From: Candidatus Peregrinibacteria bacterium
GTDB lineage: Bacteria > Patescibacteriota > Gracilibacteria > UBA1369
Reading direction: 5' to 3'
NCBI GenBank assembly: GCA_963708185.1
Contig: OY970195.1
Location: 1,184,001 to 1,248,000, forward strand
DNA length: 64,000 nucleotides
This document shows positions 9,156 through 19,525 of this stretch, one piece after another. Each line of letters starts with the position of its first letter. Positions within the stretch are counted from its first letter, which is position 1. A program made the translations under genes and the position numbers. The notes below the pieces were generated by a model. That model was not told the origin of the DNA. It did not search any database and worked only from the letters and a program-made list of their open reading frames with translations.

Positions 9156-11129
9156 CTAAGTTTTTGGCAAAACCGCCTGGTCCGATGCCGCAGGCGTTCC
9201 GGCGCCGACTAAAATCTCCGCGCCCGTATTGTCATAGCGGGTAAAAAGCGTCTCTTTTGTTTCTTTGTCGTTTGCCAGGATGTGGCGGTACCAGGTCACG
9301 TCAAAACCGGTGTGGGAGATTTCCACCTGTTTTTTGACGCCGGGAGGCAACGTATTGGTGGTGACGGTTTTTGGGGCTGCGGCCGCGCGGTAATTGCCCT
9401 GGTACGGACCTTCCAGCCAAACCTTGCGGCCGTCGTCGGTGCCGTAGAATTTAAAATAGGCCTGCCCGTCCTCAGTGTAGGACTGGATGACGACCGCGCC
9501 CGGAGAGTTGTTCGTAAACCTTACGTCATGGACGCCGGGATAGATCGTTGCGTCCAGCCCGTACCCCAAAGGTTTCGCATAGTAGGAAACGGCGTAAGAA
9601 TGGTTCGTCCGTTCAAGGATCGGAAACCCGGCAAGAAGCGCCGCCTGATAGATGGTTGAAGATACCTGGCAAAGACCTCCTCCAAAATCCGGCACGGTTC
9701 CCTGGTTGCCCTTAATGACGAGTTCTTCCACGAAACCGTGCTGGCCGTCGACGGGTCCAAGATGGTCGTTGAAGGAAAAATTTTCGCCCGGTTTGATGAG
9801 CAGCCCGTTGTACCTGCTCATGCCCACATTGATGTTTTTGATTCTTCCGGCGTGGGATCCGGCGAAAACCGTGCGGCCAGTCGCGATCAAATTCTTGATG
9901 CCGAGGCTCTGGAGATCATCCGAAACGGTGACTTTGGCCTTTTCTTCAAGGGCGGGGACTTCAAGCTTGTCGACGTTTTTGCTCAACGCAAGATCCAGGC
10001 TGGCCACCAAGCCCTGTGAAGAAACTTTCACGCCGTTTTCCCCTTTACCTTCGATGATGATTTTTTTATCGGCATCGGTGTAGATCTTCACGTCGGAGGT
10101 CGGGTGGTCGATCTTGGCGATGATCTCGTTCTGGAGAAAGTCGTTGATGGCCGCGCCGTCGAGGGACATGCTCGGATTTGATGCCAGCACCACGTTGTCG
10201 TCGGGCTGGTACCCCTGGTCTTCTCCAAGGTCAACCGGCAGGGTGAGGTTGAGGCTTTTGATGGTGACCGTGGGGCTTTCGGTAAAAGTGATGGCGTCGA
10301 GATGTTTTGACGGATCGAACTTCCATTCCTGCCCGTCATAGGTCAGCGCCACGGGAGTTTTGAGAATGGATGCCGCGAGATCTTTTTTCGGTTCAAGTTC
10401 GGCGGCGGTTATAGTGGGCTTTTCGTCAACCAGATCCAGGGCTATTGTCGTTGATTGCAAGCCGCGCATGCTTTGTTTGAGCTGATTCGCGAGCTTGGTT
10501 TTGTCGATCACTTTCCCTTCCGTTTCGGCAAGGATGGTCGGTTTCTTTTTGTCGTCAAAGGTGATGCTGGCGTTTTCGGCGCGAAATTTTTTAAGATCGA
10601 GTTTCTGTTCAATGATGTTCTGAGCTTTTTGAGAATCCAGCGTCATGAAAGGCGCGGCCTGGTGCGGGGTCAATGCGGCGAACGCGAGCGACACGACGGA
10701 ATTCTCGCGAAAATCGTAAGTGGGAAGTTCCATCACGCTCTGCTGCAGCGCGAACTGGACTCCCAAGTCCCGGGGGGCAATCTGGGCGTCAACGTTATTG
10801 ACGCTTACGGTAAGCGGCGTTTTGAGGTAGTTCTCTGCTGCCTGCTGAAGATCCGTCTGGGCATCCTGCGCGTATTCAAATCCGAGCGCCTTATTGCCGA
10901 TACTCACTCCCGGCATCACGCGGCCGGCGAGCAACATGTCGGTTCCGACCAGGGCTCCCGAAAGCACGATGACCCCCGGTACGGCGAAAAGTGCGACTTT
11001 TCCAAAGCCGGTGAGGTCATGTTTCAATCCCGGCGGGATGATCTGCCTTGTAAAATTCCGGACTCTTGACGGAAAGCTCTCTTTTTCTTCAAGAAACTGC
11101 GGAGTTTCCTGCTTTTTTTCCTTCGCCAT
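9156..11129 (-). CDS. VanW family protein with PG-binding_4-like repeats, membrane anchored
   Basis: FSFN..LG, GGGLCQVSSTIYQAAL, ERTNHSY.V.YY, GLDATI, D.RF.N. Confidence 0.92.
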   Translation of the reverse strand: MAKEKKQETPQFLEEKESFPSRVRNFTRQIIPPGLKHDLTGFGKVALFAVPGVIVLSGALVGTDMLLAGRVMPGVSIGNKALGFEYAQDAQTDLQQAAENYLKTPLTVSVNNVDAQIAPRDLGVQFALQQSVMELPTYDFRENSVVSLAFAALTPHQAAPFMTLDSQKAQNIIEQKLDLKKFRAENASITFDDKKKPTILAETEGKVIDKTKLANQLKQSMRGLQSTTIALDLVDEKPTITAAELEPKKDLAASILKTPVALTYDGQEWKFDPSKHLDAITFTESPTVTIKSLNLTLPVDLGEDQGYQPDDNVVLASNPSMSLDGAAINDFLQNEIIAKIDHPTSDVKIYTDADKKIIIEGKGENGVKVSSQGLVASLDLALSKNVDKLEVPALEEKAKVTVSDDLQSLGIKNLIATGRTVFAGSHAGRIKNINVGMSRYNGLLIKPGENFSFNDHLGPVDGQHGFVEELVIKGNQGTVPDFGGGLCQVSSTIYQAALLAGFPILERTNHSYAVSYYAKPLGYGLDATIYPGVHDVRFTNNSPGAVVIQSYTEDGQAYFKFYGTDDGRKVWLEGPYQGNYRAAAAPKTVTTNTLPPGVKKQVEISHTGFDVTWYRHILANDKETKETLFTRYDNTGAEILVGAGTPAASDQAVLPKT

Positions 11130-11254
11130 GACGGAGGGCCTAAGAACGTAAAAACAGCTTGGGGATTTAGATTATAAACAAAAAATATGCCCGGGGGAAG
11201 GATAAATGCAGGGACGTAAACGTTTTGTCACTGTATGTCAGCCTATTTCCGCAG

Positions 11255-11638
11255 CTAATCAACCTCGTTGGGGATCTTCTTCATGTCTTTATCCTTAACA
11301 ATGCCCTTTTTGACCTTTTTGCTGCGGCCGAACAGGCGGTCTTTGATTCTGGATAGCGCGTTCTTTTTGTGGAGCTCCTCTTCTTCCATGAGGTCCTCGT
11401 CCTTTTCTTTCTTTTCCTTCATTTCGGAAAATTTATCGAGCGATTCCTGTCCTTTCTTGATAAGCTCCTTGCCCTTGCTTGCGATGATTTCACGGGTCTC
11501 TTTGCCCTTATTCGGAGCGATGCTCATCCCGATGACGGAACCCACGGCGCCTCCGACGATGGCTCCCATGATGAGTTTGTCGATCTTGGATTTTTTCTTA
11601 TCTTTTTCCTGTTTTTTCTTTTTTCCAAATCCAAACAT
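11255..11638 (-). CDS. YtxH-like protein
   Basis: GAIVGGAVGSVIGMSIAPNKGKETR. Confidence 0.8.
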   Translation of the reverse strand: MFGFGKKKKQEKDKKKSKIDKLIMGAIVGGAVGSVIGMSIAPNKGKETREIIASKGKELIKKGQESLDKFSEMKEKKEKDEDLMEEEELHKKNALSRIKDRLFGRSKKVKKGIVKDKDMKKIPNEVD

Positions 11639-11649
11639 TGGTTTGCAAG

Positions 11650-12576
11650 TTAGTTGTACTGGATGTAAATCTTGGCACCTCTTAGCAATCTTATCGCACT
11701 TAGGGCCGCATTACAACCGTTGCCGACGCTGGTGGCCATCTGGGGAGGCGATCCAGTGCAGTCTCCGGCCGCAAAAATACCGGGAATGTTGGTTTTTCCG
11801 TCATGGTTGACCCTGATGTAGTTGTTTTCCATTTCGAGACCGAGTTTTTTGGCGAAGGCCGTCGCTCCGGCAACACCCACCGCCATGAATACGCCGTGCG
11901 TTTCTATTTCGGCACCGTCCGAGAGGATAAGTTTTTCGGCCCTGCCGATTCCGGTTATTTCTTTGATGCGGGGCGTTTTCTGGAGCGTAATGTTGTTTTC
12001 TTCAAGATCTTTTTTCATTTCCCTGGAAAATTCGAACTCCTTTCCGTGGCTTAAAATGGTGATGTTTTTGGTGTAATTGAGGAGCTGGAGCGCTTCTTCC
12101 CCGGCATAGTTCCCGTTGCCGATGACGACGACGTTTTTCCCCTTGAAGAAAAATCCGTCACAGACCACGCAATAGGAAACTCCTTTGCCGGTGAGTTCCT
12201 TTTCGTTCTTGATACCGCTGAGTGCGTAGCTCTGGCCCGTGGCGATGATGACGGTTTTGGCGTTGTAAGTGGCTTTCTTGTCGTCTTTCAGATGGAACGT
12301 TCCGTCTTCGTGCATGGATAGATGTACGATTTCGTTCGAGACAAGTTCCGCGCCGAATTTTTTCGCGTGTTCCACGCCTTTTTCGGCAAGGAACGGGCCG
12401 GTCACAGGTTCGGGAAAGCCAAGGTAGTTGGCGATGATGTGTGATTTGTAGAGGTTGCTCTTCTTATAATCACCGAATACGACGGTCTTGAGTTGGGCTC
12501 TTGCCGTGTAGATGGCGGCGCTTAAACCACCCGGGCCGCAACCTATAATGGCGACATCATAGAGAGTCGGTTCCAT
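11650..12576 (-). CDS. trxB: Thioredoxin reductase-like flavoprotein
   Basis: IIGCGPGGLSAA, GKGVSYCVVCDG, PGIFAAGDC. Confidence 0.88.
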   Translation of the reverse strand: MEPTLYDVAIIGCGPGGLSAAIYTARAQLKTVVFGDYKKSNLYKSHIIANYLGFPEPVTGPFLAEKGVEHAKKFGAELVSNEIVHLSMHEDGTFHLKDDKKATYNAKTVIIATGQSYALSGIKNEKELTGKGVSYCVVCDGFFFKGKNVVVIGNGNYAGEEALQLLNYTKNITILSHGKEFEFSREMKKDLEENNITLQKTPRIKEITGIGRAEKLILSDGAEIETHGVFMAVGVAGATAFAKKLGLEMENNYIRVNHDGKTNIPGIFAAGDCTGSPPQMATSVGNGCNAALSAIRLLRGAKIYIQYN

Positions 12577-12587
12577 GGAATGAGAAA

Positions 12588-14138
12588 TTATTTATTGAAT
12601 TCCTTCTTGGCGTAATCAACGTTTTTGGTTCTGCGGATGACGTTGACTTTGATCTTGCCGGGGTAGGCGACGTTGCCCTGGATATCGCTGGCAATGCTTT
12701 TTGCCAACGGCAGGAGTTGCCCGTCCTTCATCTGCTGGGGATCGACCATGACGCGGACTTCGCGGCCGGCCGAAATGGCGAAGGATTTTGTGACGCCTTC
12801 GTAGGAGTTGGATATTTTTTCGATAGCCTGGATGCGTTCAATATATTTTTCGATGGACTCCTGGCGGGCTCCGGGGCGGCCGGCCGAAATAGCATCGCCG
12901 GCTTTGACCAGAAGGGCTTCGGCAGTACGCTGCGGAACGGCATCATGGTGCGCCCAGGCGGCGTGGATTTCATCCTCGCTGAAGGTATATTTCTCCATGA
13001 TTTCCCTGGTGAGGACATCATGGGAACCTCCGACTTCCTGGTCGATCGCCTTGCCGAGGTCGTGAAAAAATCCGCCGATCTTGCAGGTGAGCATGTCGAG
13101 ATTCAGTTCCCCTCCGAGCATCAGTGTGAAGTATCCGACCTCAAAGGAGTGCTTGAGGATGTTCTGGCCGTAACTTGTGCGGAATTTGAGTCTTCCGATG
13201 ATTTTCATGAACTCTTCAGGGAAATTCCGGTTCTCGAGGCCGAGCATTTTGACGGTCTCCCTTCCGATCTTGACGAGTGTTTTCTCCGTTTCACGCTGGG
13301 CTTCAAGGAATTTTTCCTTCACTTTGTCGGCTGTTGCGGCCCTTTCCTTGAGAATCTTCTTGATCGTTTCCCGGGCGATGTGCCTTCTTACCAGGTCGAA
13401 ACAGGAAACGATGATGGTGTTCGGGGAGTCGTTGAAAATAATGTCCGTCCCCGTAAGTTCTTCCAGCAGAAGAATGTTCTTGGCGAAACGCCCGATGACT
13501 TTTCCCTTTGCGTCGTCGCGGGTAACGCTGATGGCCGTGCTTTTCTTGTCCACGGATGTGGGGGCCGAATAACGCTGAATCACGGAGGTAATGAGGTCTT
13601 TGGCTAACCTCACTTTCTCTTCTTTGAGATAGTCTTCATACTTGTGCATCTTGTCTTCACGTTCAAGTTCAAGGTCGCGGAGGAGTTCGTTAAGGACTTC
13701 GTTTTTCACATCGTCAAACGTACTGTTGGTTTTTGCCAGAAGTTTTTGGGTCAGCTCCTTTTCCAGCGCTTTCATTCCTGCACGGATCGTTTCGACGTTG
13801 GCGACTTCTCCGTCGATGAACTGCTGGACTTCGCTTGTTTTCGCCGACTTCGATTGAAGCTGCTCCTCTTTCGAGACAATAAGCCTCTCCAGTTTTTCAC
13901 ACTGGGTTTTATTCTTTTCTTCGAAATCGAGCATGTACGCATGTATTTCCTGGATGCGCTTTTGGTTGTTCTGCTTGATGTTTTCGGCTTCCTGCCGGCT
14001 TTTTTCCACAAGCCCGTCGGATTTTTGTTTGTAGGCGGCGAGCGTTATGGCTTTTCGCGGCTTCAACAAGACGTATCCGATGCCGAACCCGAGGACGATC
14101 GCCCCCAGTCCGATAATAATGAGCAACATTTGATTCAT
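12588..14138 (-). CDS. rny: Ribonuclease Y
   Basis: N-terminal TM, coiled coil, KH, HD (RTSYGQN..HS.EV, HDLGK), DAISAGRPGAR, AGREVRV, YPGKIKVNVIR. Confidence 0.93.
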   Translation of the reverse strand: MNQMLLIIIGLGAIVLGFGIGYVLLKPRKAITLAAYKQKSDGLVEKSRQEAENIKQNNQKRIQEIHAYMLDFEEKNKTQCEKLERLIVSKEEQLQSKSAKTSEVQQFIDGEVANVETIRAGMKALEKELTQKLLAKTNSTFDDVKNEVLNELLRDLELEREDKMHKYEDYLKEEKVRLAKDLITSVIQRYSAPTSVDKKSTAISVTRDDAKGKVIGRFAKNILLLEELTGTDIIFNDSPNTIIVSCFDLVRRHIARETIKKILKERAATADKVKEKFLEAQRETEKTLVKIGRETVKMLGLENRNFPEEFMKIIGRLKFRTSYGQNILKHSFEVGYFTLMLGGELNLDMLTCKIGGFFHDLGKAIDQEVGGSHDVLTREIMEKYTFSEDEIHAAWAHHDAVPQRTAEALLVKAGDAISAGRPGARQESIEKYIERIQAIEKISNSYEGVTKSFAISAGREVRVMVDPQQMKDGQLLPLAKSIASDIQGNVAYPGKIKVNVIRRTKNVDYAKKEFNK

Positions 14139-14190
14139 AGCTTTCCTATTATAAAGGAGAGGTTAGTCTAGCACAAATGCCGAATTCCGG

Positions 14191-15333
14191 CTATTGCCCC
14201 TTTTTTCTCAGCTCCGCAACGAGTGCGGGAAGTGTTTTCAGGACTTTTTCGACATCTTCAGGGGAGTTTTCGCGTCCGAGCGTCATGCGAATACTGCTTT
14301 TGGAGAGATTTTTTTCGATACCGAGGGCCATCAACACATGCGAAGGTTCCAGTGCACCGGACGTGCAGGCCGATCCCGCAGATGCACAGATGCCCTCCAT
14401 GTCGAGCCGTACCAGCAGCGACTCCGCGTCAAGGCCGTCGAAGCTCATGTTGACGTTATTGGGGAGTCGATTGACGGGATCGCCGTTCAGCGAACATCCG
14501 GGAACGTTTTCTTTCAGCCCGGCGATAAGTCTGTCACGGAGTCCGGTGAGCCGCGCCGATTCTTTTCCCCTCATGTTTTCGGCAATCTCGAGTGCTTCGG
14601 CAAAGCCCATGATACCCGGAACGTTCTCCGTCCCGGCGCGCTGGCGGTGTTCCTGCCCTCCTCCATAAAGCAGGGGAACGATTTTTACTTTGTCGCGGAT
14701 GTAAAGAATTCCCGAACCTTTCGGCCCATAGATTTTTCCTCCGTTGAGCGTCATCATGTCGACTCGCAAATCCGCAACGTTGATCGGGAGTGCGCCCGCG
14801 GCCTGGCAGGCATCTGTGTGCAAGAGGATGCCTTTTTGCCGGAGCAGTCCCCCCGTTTCGGCAATATTTTCCACGGTTCCTATTTCGTTGTTGGCATACG
14901 ATATGCTCGCAAAAACCGTTTCGGGAGTTATGGCCTTGCGTAGTTTTTCATGATCAACGTGCCCGTTTTTGTCTATGGGCAAATACGTCACTTTCCAACC
15001 GCGACGTTCAAGTTCCTCCATGGGATTGAGCACGGAATGATGTTCCGCAACCGTCGTTATGAGGTGGTCGCCTTTCTGCTTCAGGGCTTCTGCCGCGCCA
15101 AAAATGGCCCAGTTGTTGGATTCGGTTCCTCCGCCTGTGAAATAAATTTCATCGGGTTTGCATTGTAAAATCCGGGAGACGCGCTTGCGGGCAGCGTCGA
15201 TATCCTGGCGGTTCCTGAGCGCGAACTGGTATACGCTTGAGGGATTCGCAAACCTTTCACTGAAGTAGGGGCGCATGGATTCAAGCACCTTTTGATCTAC
15301 CGGCGTAGCTGCTGCGTGATCAAGATATATCAT
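14191..15333 (-). CDS. Cysteine desulfurase (NifS/IscS family)
   Basis: MIYLDHAAATP start at 15333; HTDACQA, KIYGPKG, GSACTSG. Confidence 0.95.
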   Translation of the reverse strand: MIYLDHAAATPVDQKVLESMRPYFSERFANPSSVYQFALRNRQDIDAARKRVSRILQCKPDEIYFTGGGTESNNWAIFGAAEALKQKGDHLITTVAEHHSVLNPMEELERRGWKVTYLPIDKNGHVDHEKLRKAITPETVFASISYANNEIGTVENIAETGGLLRQKGILLHTDACQAAGALPINVADLRVDMMTLNGGKIYGPKGSGILYIRDKVKIVPLLYGGGQEHRQRAGTENVPGIMGFAEALEIAENMRGKESARLTGLRDRLIAGLKENVPGCSLNGDPVNRLPNNVNMSFDGLDAESLLVRLDMEGICASAGSACTSGALEPSHVLMALGIEKNLSKSSIRMTLGRENSPEDVEKVLKTLPALVAELRKKGQ

Positions 15334-15334
15334 T

Positions 15335-16042
15335 TTACTGCTGGGTCTGGCCCTGATCCGACGCCTGAGTTTGATCCTGTGTCTGCGGTGAAAGCGCGGT
15401 GACGCTGCCGTCAACTCCCACCTTCTGCATGGTTATGCCCGCCGGGACATCAAAAGCTGTATCGGGAACATCAACGTCAGTTTGAATCGAAGTCGCAACC
15501 GTGTTGTTGCTCAGGCCGAGATCGGGAATACTAATGGTGGTTTTAATGGGAATGTTGTTCCACAGACAGATCTGTCCGAATCCGCCGGTATCGTAAATAT
15601 CGCAGACCTGGCCGGCGACGGTCGAAGTTCCGGTGGACTGAAGCTGTTGGGTCGCTGCTGAATCCGGGGAGAGGCCGACCGCGATTTTCTTCAGGAAGTC
15701 CTGGCGCATTGAAGGGTCCGTTCCCTGGAGTACGTCGTAGAGAGGGTTTTTGGTCATTGTTCCGACTTTTTTATCGAGGTCGATGCTGTAGATGTATTCT
15801 CCGGTGTCGATATAGAGGTTGTCCTGGTTCTCGTCTCCGGTTTGCTTATGGAACACGACATGGGCTTCACGGATGGATTCATCTCCCTTGATCAACACCG
15901 TCGATTTTCCCTCGGTCGTTCCGCTGATGGCATACTCGATTTTCGCAGATTTGAAAGGGTACTGATACAGGCTGTTGTTTTGAGCGCAGCCTGAAATCAC
16001 CAACATGCTTCCGGCAAGGAGAGGAACAATGAATTTTTTCAT
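15335..16042 (-). CDS. Hypothetical lipoprotein
   Basis: Lipobox ISGC; beta-rich with TVAGQVCDIY…CLWNNIP…D..FDVPAG (DUF4412-like). Confidence 0.75.
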   Translation of the reverse strand: MKKFIVPLLAGSMLVISGCAQNNSLYQYPFKSAKIEYAISGTTEGKSTVLIKGDESIREAHVVFHKQTGDENQDNLYIDTGEYIYSIDLDKKVGTMTKNPLYDVLQGTDPSMRQDFLKKIAVGLSPDSAATQQLQSTGTSTVAGQVCDIYDTGGFGQICLWNNIPIKTTISIPDLGLSNNTVATSIQTDVDVPDTAFDVPAGITMQKVGVDGSVTALSPQTQDQTQASDQGQTQQ

Positions 16043-16084
16043 TTTAAAAAGGTTTATGAGCCTTATAAGGCTACCACGAGCTGT

Positions 16085-17017
16085 TTACTTATTCAACTCC
16101 TCTTTCTTCTTTTTGATGAGTTCAAATATTTGGGGGAGCACATTTTGGGCGGCTGCTTTTCCCGCCTCAACCCCTTCCTTATAATGATCGAACTCCAGGA
16201 GGGAAATTCCTTCGACCTCCGGGCGAATGATGAGATCCGGTTTTGCCGCTTCGTATCTTGCTTTTTGCGCCTCCGCACGGACGATATCTATGGAGCGCAA
16301 AAGAATATGTAACATAAGAGTAAAGTTCAACTTCAAAATGGCGAGTTTTCCCGGATATAGCTTGAACGCCTCGGGTTTGCGGTAGTACCTTTCCCAGATC
16401 ATCCCCGCTATGTATTGCCTTGAGGTCAAGGCTCCGATCTCAACACCAATGATGATGTCGAGGTTTTTATTCTCCCTTAAAATATTTACCGGGACGTTGT
16501 TGAGCAGACCTCCGTCTACCAAATACCTCCCGTCCAAAAAGTATGGGCTGAAGACCCCCGGGATCGCGGACGAAGCACGGAGCGCCTCCCAGAGTTTGCC
16601 GTCTTTCAACACCACCTCTTCTCCCGACTCGAGGTCCACTGCTACCGCGCTGAAGGGAATTTTTGTCTCCCGGAACGTGCTCTGGCCCACAATATCCTTG
16701 ATGACCCTTTCAACATCTTCACTGCGGATGAGGCTTTCATGGAAAATATGAAAATTACTGATTCTTAAAAACTTACTGTTGTTGAACTCTTCGCTTCTTT
16801 TGAGGATTTCGTCGGGAGTAAGCCCCAGGGCATAACCTGCCCCAACGATTGATCCGGCGCTGGCTCCCGCCACCTCACTGATCTTAATGTCGTTCTCTTC
16901 AAAAACCTTGAGGATGCCGATATGTGCTGAACCCTTGGCGCCGCCGCCGCCAAGCGCGATACCGATTTTCGGCTCTTTAAGAGGCGTCGTTTCTTTCGGG
17001 TTCTCAGGGTTTTCCAT
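16085..17017 (-). CDS. Patatin-like phospholipase
   Basis: GGGGAKG, GASAG (catalytic Ser), DGG motif. Confidence 0.95.
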   Translation of the reverse strand: MENPENPKETTPLKEPKIGIALGGGGAKGSAHIGILKVFEENDIKISEVAGASAGSIVGAGYALGLTPDEILKRSEEFNNSKFLRISNFHIFHESLIRSEDVERVIKDIVGQSTFRETKIPFSAVAVDLESGEEVVLKDGKLWEALRASSAIPGVFSPYFLDGRYLVDGGLLNNVPVNILRENKNLDIIIGVEIGALTSRQYIAGMIWERYYRKPEAFKLYPGKLAILKLNFTLMLHILLRSIDIVRAEAQKARYEAAKPDLIIRPEVEGISLLEFDHYKEGVEAGKAAAQNVLPQIFELIKKKKEELNK

Positions 17018-17048
17018 TACTTTTCAGAAAAAGATGGGTTTTTCAGGT

Positions 17049-18053
17049 CTACTTTTCGGAAGCTTCGGCAATGTATTGAAGTATTTCAGCCGGCGTTTTT
17101 GCGGGGATTTCGACCTTCTTATCAAAACGTTTTTCGGTCAACTGGAAGACCGCACCATCATAAACAACAACAAACTGTTTTTGTCTTTCGGGAAGAGAAA
17201 CCTCCAGGCCATTCCATTCGTCCGTCTGGATAGTCGCAACCCGAAGATGTGCTTTCTGCAGCTCGGTTTTCATGTCTTCAAGTGGTTTCCCTGGAAAGTT
17301 TTCGGTTTGCTTTTTTTCAGATTCAACCGCTCCTTTCCGGGGTTTCAACCTCCCTTTCACGGCATCATAGTTTGCCGCGGCTGCGTAACTTAAAGAAAGC
17401 AGTGAGCTGAGCGTCGCCTCAAGCCCCCCAATCATGATTTGATGTATGTTAAGGGTATAGCTTACTCCCATGGCCTCGTCCTTTTCCCTGTTTTTCTTGA
17501 AAGACGTCTGAAACTTCAACTCAATGTCCTGAGGAACATCGCCACCCCGGTCCATGTGTTCCAGTATTTTTTCCGCTTCCTGGGGTTTTACCTCTTTTCC
17601 CTTTTTCGTAAGACCTTTAAATTCAAAAAGGTGTTCCTGGTTCTCGGCGCTCACAAGGAACCTGTTGTTGTTTTCCAGGGTTTTGACTATTTTCAAAAAA
17701 GCGCGCCCCTCGAGCTCTTCCGCGGCTTTCGGGGAGGATTTTTTGTCTTTTTCCTTTAGTTTTACAGACTCGTCGAGTGCCCTGAGCTCTGTTGGTTTTA
17801 AAACGTTTCTGGTGTTTTTCTCTCCCATCCCCGCAAGTTCAGCCTCCAACCGTTTCGTTTCTTCCTTTGCCTCTTTATCCTGCCCGTTTCTCGCATTTAA
17901 AATGGCTTCTTTATGCTGTTTTTCGTTAAACTTCTTATATCCAAAATCCGACGGCTTGCATGGGGGGCCCTCGTTGTTTTCATTTGTTTCTTGATGATCC
18001 GGCTGTTCAATGATTGAATTTCCTCCCATAAACATAGTTTTATTTTTGAACAA
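17049..18053 (-). CDS. Hypothetical protein (charged)
   Basis: 334-aa ORF, no recognisable motif; start uncertain. Confidence 0.65.
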   Translation of the reverse strand: MFKNKTMFMGGNSIIEQPDHQETNENNEGPPCKPSDFGYKKFNEKQHKEAILNARNGQDKEAKEETKRLEAELAGMGEKNTRNVLKPTELRALDESVKLKEKDKKSSPKAAEELEGRAFLKIVKTLENNNRFLVSAENQEHLFEFKGLTKKGKEVKPQEAEKILEHMDRGGDVPQDIELKFQTSFKKNREKDEAMGVSYTLNIHQIMIGGLEATLSSLLSLSYAAAANYDAVKGRLKPRKGAVESEKKQTENFPGKPLEDMKTELQKAHLRVATIQTDEWNGLEVSLPERQKQFVVVYDGAVFQLTEKRFDKKVEIPAKTPAEILQYIAEASEK

Positions 18054-18376
18054 TTTTTATTTTTAATTTTCTTCTTATTATACCAAAAAACAGCTCTTTT
18101 TTACAGGTTTTAAACCGGGCTTCAACAAGCCTAAATCTCAATTTATTTTTTAATTTTCATGCGTTCCTCACGGGGTCCACTCAAAACCAGGTTTTTCCCG
18201 GAAAAGTTTTCAACATACTTCATCACAAAATCTCTCAAGGCGCAAACCCTACTACGTCTTAATATAAAAACATATTCTTACTTTTAATTATTATTTGTAA
18301 AACAGGTTGTCATGCCTTGAAAGTTCGCTATAATGATTGAGAAATTTTAGGAAATCCCTTCTTTTTATTCATTTCT

Positions 18377-19483
18377 ATGAAGTTTTTTTGCGCTCAGGCC
18401 GACCTCGAAGAGGCTCTTAATGTTGTTAATAAAGCAATCACGCCAAATACAACATTGCCCGTCTTGAATAATATTCTTTTAAGAGCTGAAGGGAAGAAAC
18501 TTCTTTTTTCAGCGACAAACCTTGAGGTCGCAATTCAACATTCAATTCCGGCGGATATTCGTTCCGAAGGAGCCATTACCGTTCCCGCAAAACTTATTAC
18601 AAGTTACATTTCTTTACTAAAAGACGAGAAAATTGAAGCCACGCTGGGGGATGGAAACACCCTTACCCTCTCATCCACCTCTTCCCAAACCAAGATCAAG
18701 GGTATTAACGCAGAAGAGTTTCCGGTGATCCCTAAAGTTCCCAAAGAAAACACGATAAAAGTTTCTTCCAAAGATTTAAACAGTGCGATTACCCAGACTG
18801 TTTTTGCTGCTTCTTCAAACACCTCCAGGCCGGTTCTTTCGGGTGTTCTTTTTGACCTCGACAGGGACAGCCTGAAGATTGTTGCCACCGACAGTTACCG
18901 CTTGGCTGAAAGAAAAATCGTCCTCAAGGAAAAGACCTCCATTTCCCTCCAGTCGGTCATTCCTTCAAGGACCATTTCTGAATTGGGGAAGATTCTTTCC
19001 AAGGCTCAAGAGGAAGATGTTGAGATAAACCTGACGAAAAACCAGGTTCTCTTCACTATTGGAAGCATTGAGCTGATGTCCCGCCTGATTGAAGGGAAAT
19101 TTCCGGATTATGAGAAGATCATTCCAAAGACCACAAAGACGAAAGTGACGGTATCCACCGAAGACTTGTCTTTGGTTATCAAGCGTGTTAGCTTGTTCGC
19201 CCGCGAAAACAATAACAGCATTAAGCTCGCCGCGACCAACGATGGTAAAATTATTATTTCCACTGAAGAAACAAAAATCGGTGAAGAAAAAGCCGAGGTC
19301 GCCGTGAAGGTGGAGGGTGAAAACAATAAAATCGCACTCAACGCCCAGTATTTGCTCGATGTTTTGACCTTTATCCAGGCGGACAAGGTGTTGATAGAGG
19401 TTGAAGATAAACTTTCGCCGGCCGTGATCCGTCCACTGGAAAACAAGGATTACGTGTATATCATCATGCCACTCAAAATTTAG
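18377..19483 (+). CDS. dnaN: DNA polymerase III beta clamp
   Basis: ATNLE, RPVLSGV, VATDSYRLA, RLIEGKFPDYEKIIP, YIIMPLK. Confidence 0.98.
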   Translation: MKFFCAQADLEEALNVVNKAITPNTTLPVLNNILLRAEGKKLLFSATNLEVAIQHSIPADIRSEGAITVPAKLITSYISLLKDEKIEATLGDGNTLTLSSTSSQTKIKGINAEEFPVIPKVPKENTIKVSSKDLNSAITQTVFAASSNTSRPVLSGVLFDLDRDSLKIVATDSYRLAERKIVLKEKTSISLQSVIPSRTISELGKILSKAQEEDVEINLTKNQVLFTIGSIELMSRLIEGKFPDYEKIIPKTTKTKVTVSTEDLSLVIKRVSLFARENNNSIKLAATNDGKIIISTEETKIGEEKAEVAVKVEGENNKIALNAQYLLDVLTFIQADKVLIEVEDKLSPAVIRPLENKDYVYIIMPLKI

Positions 19484-19525
19484 TTTTACCTATCAAGAGA
19501 ACATTCTGAGGTCCCCAGGTCTTTT

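Noticed and set aside
15334-15414. N-terminal extension of the cysteine desulfurase
   Set aside because: Overlaps the upstream lipoprotein gene; family start MIYLD is at 15333
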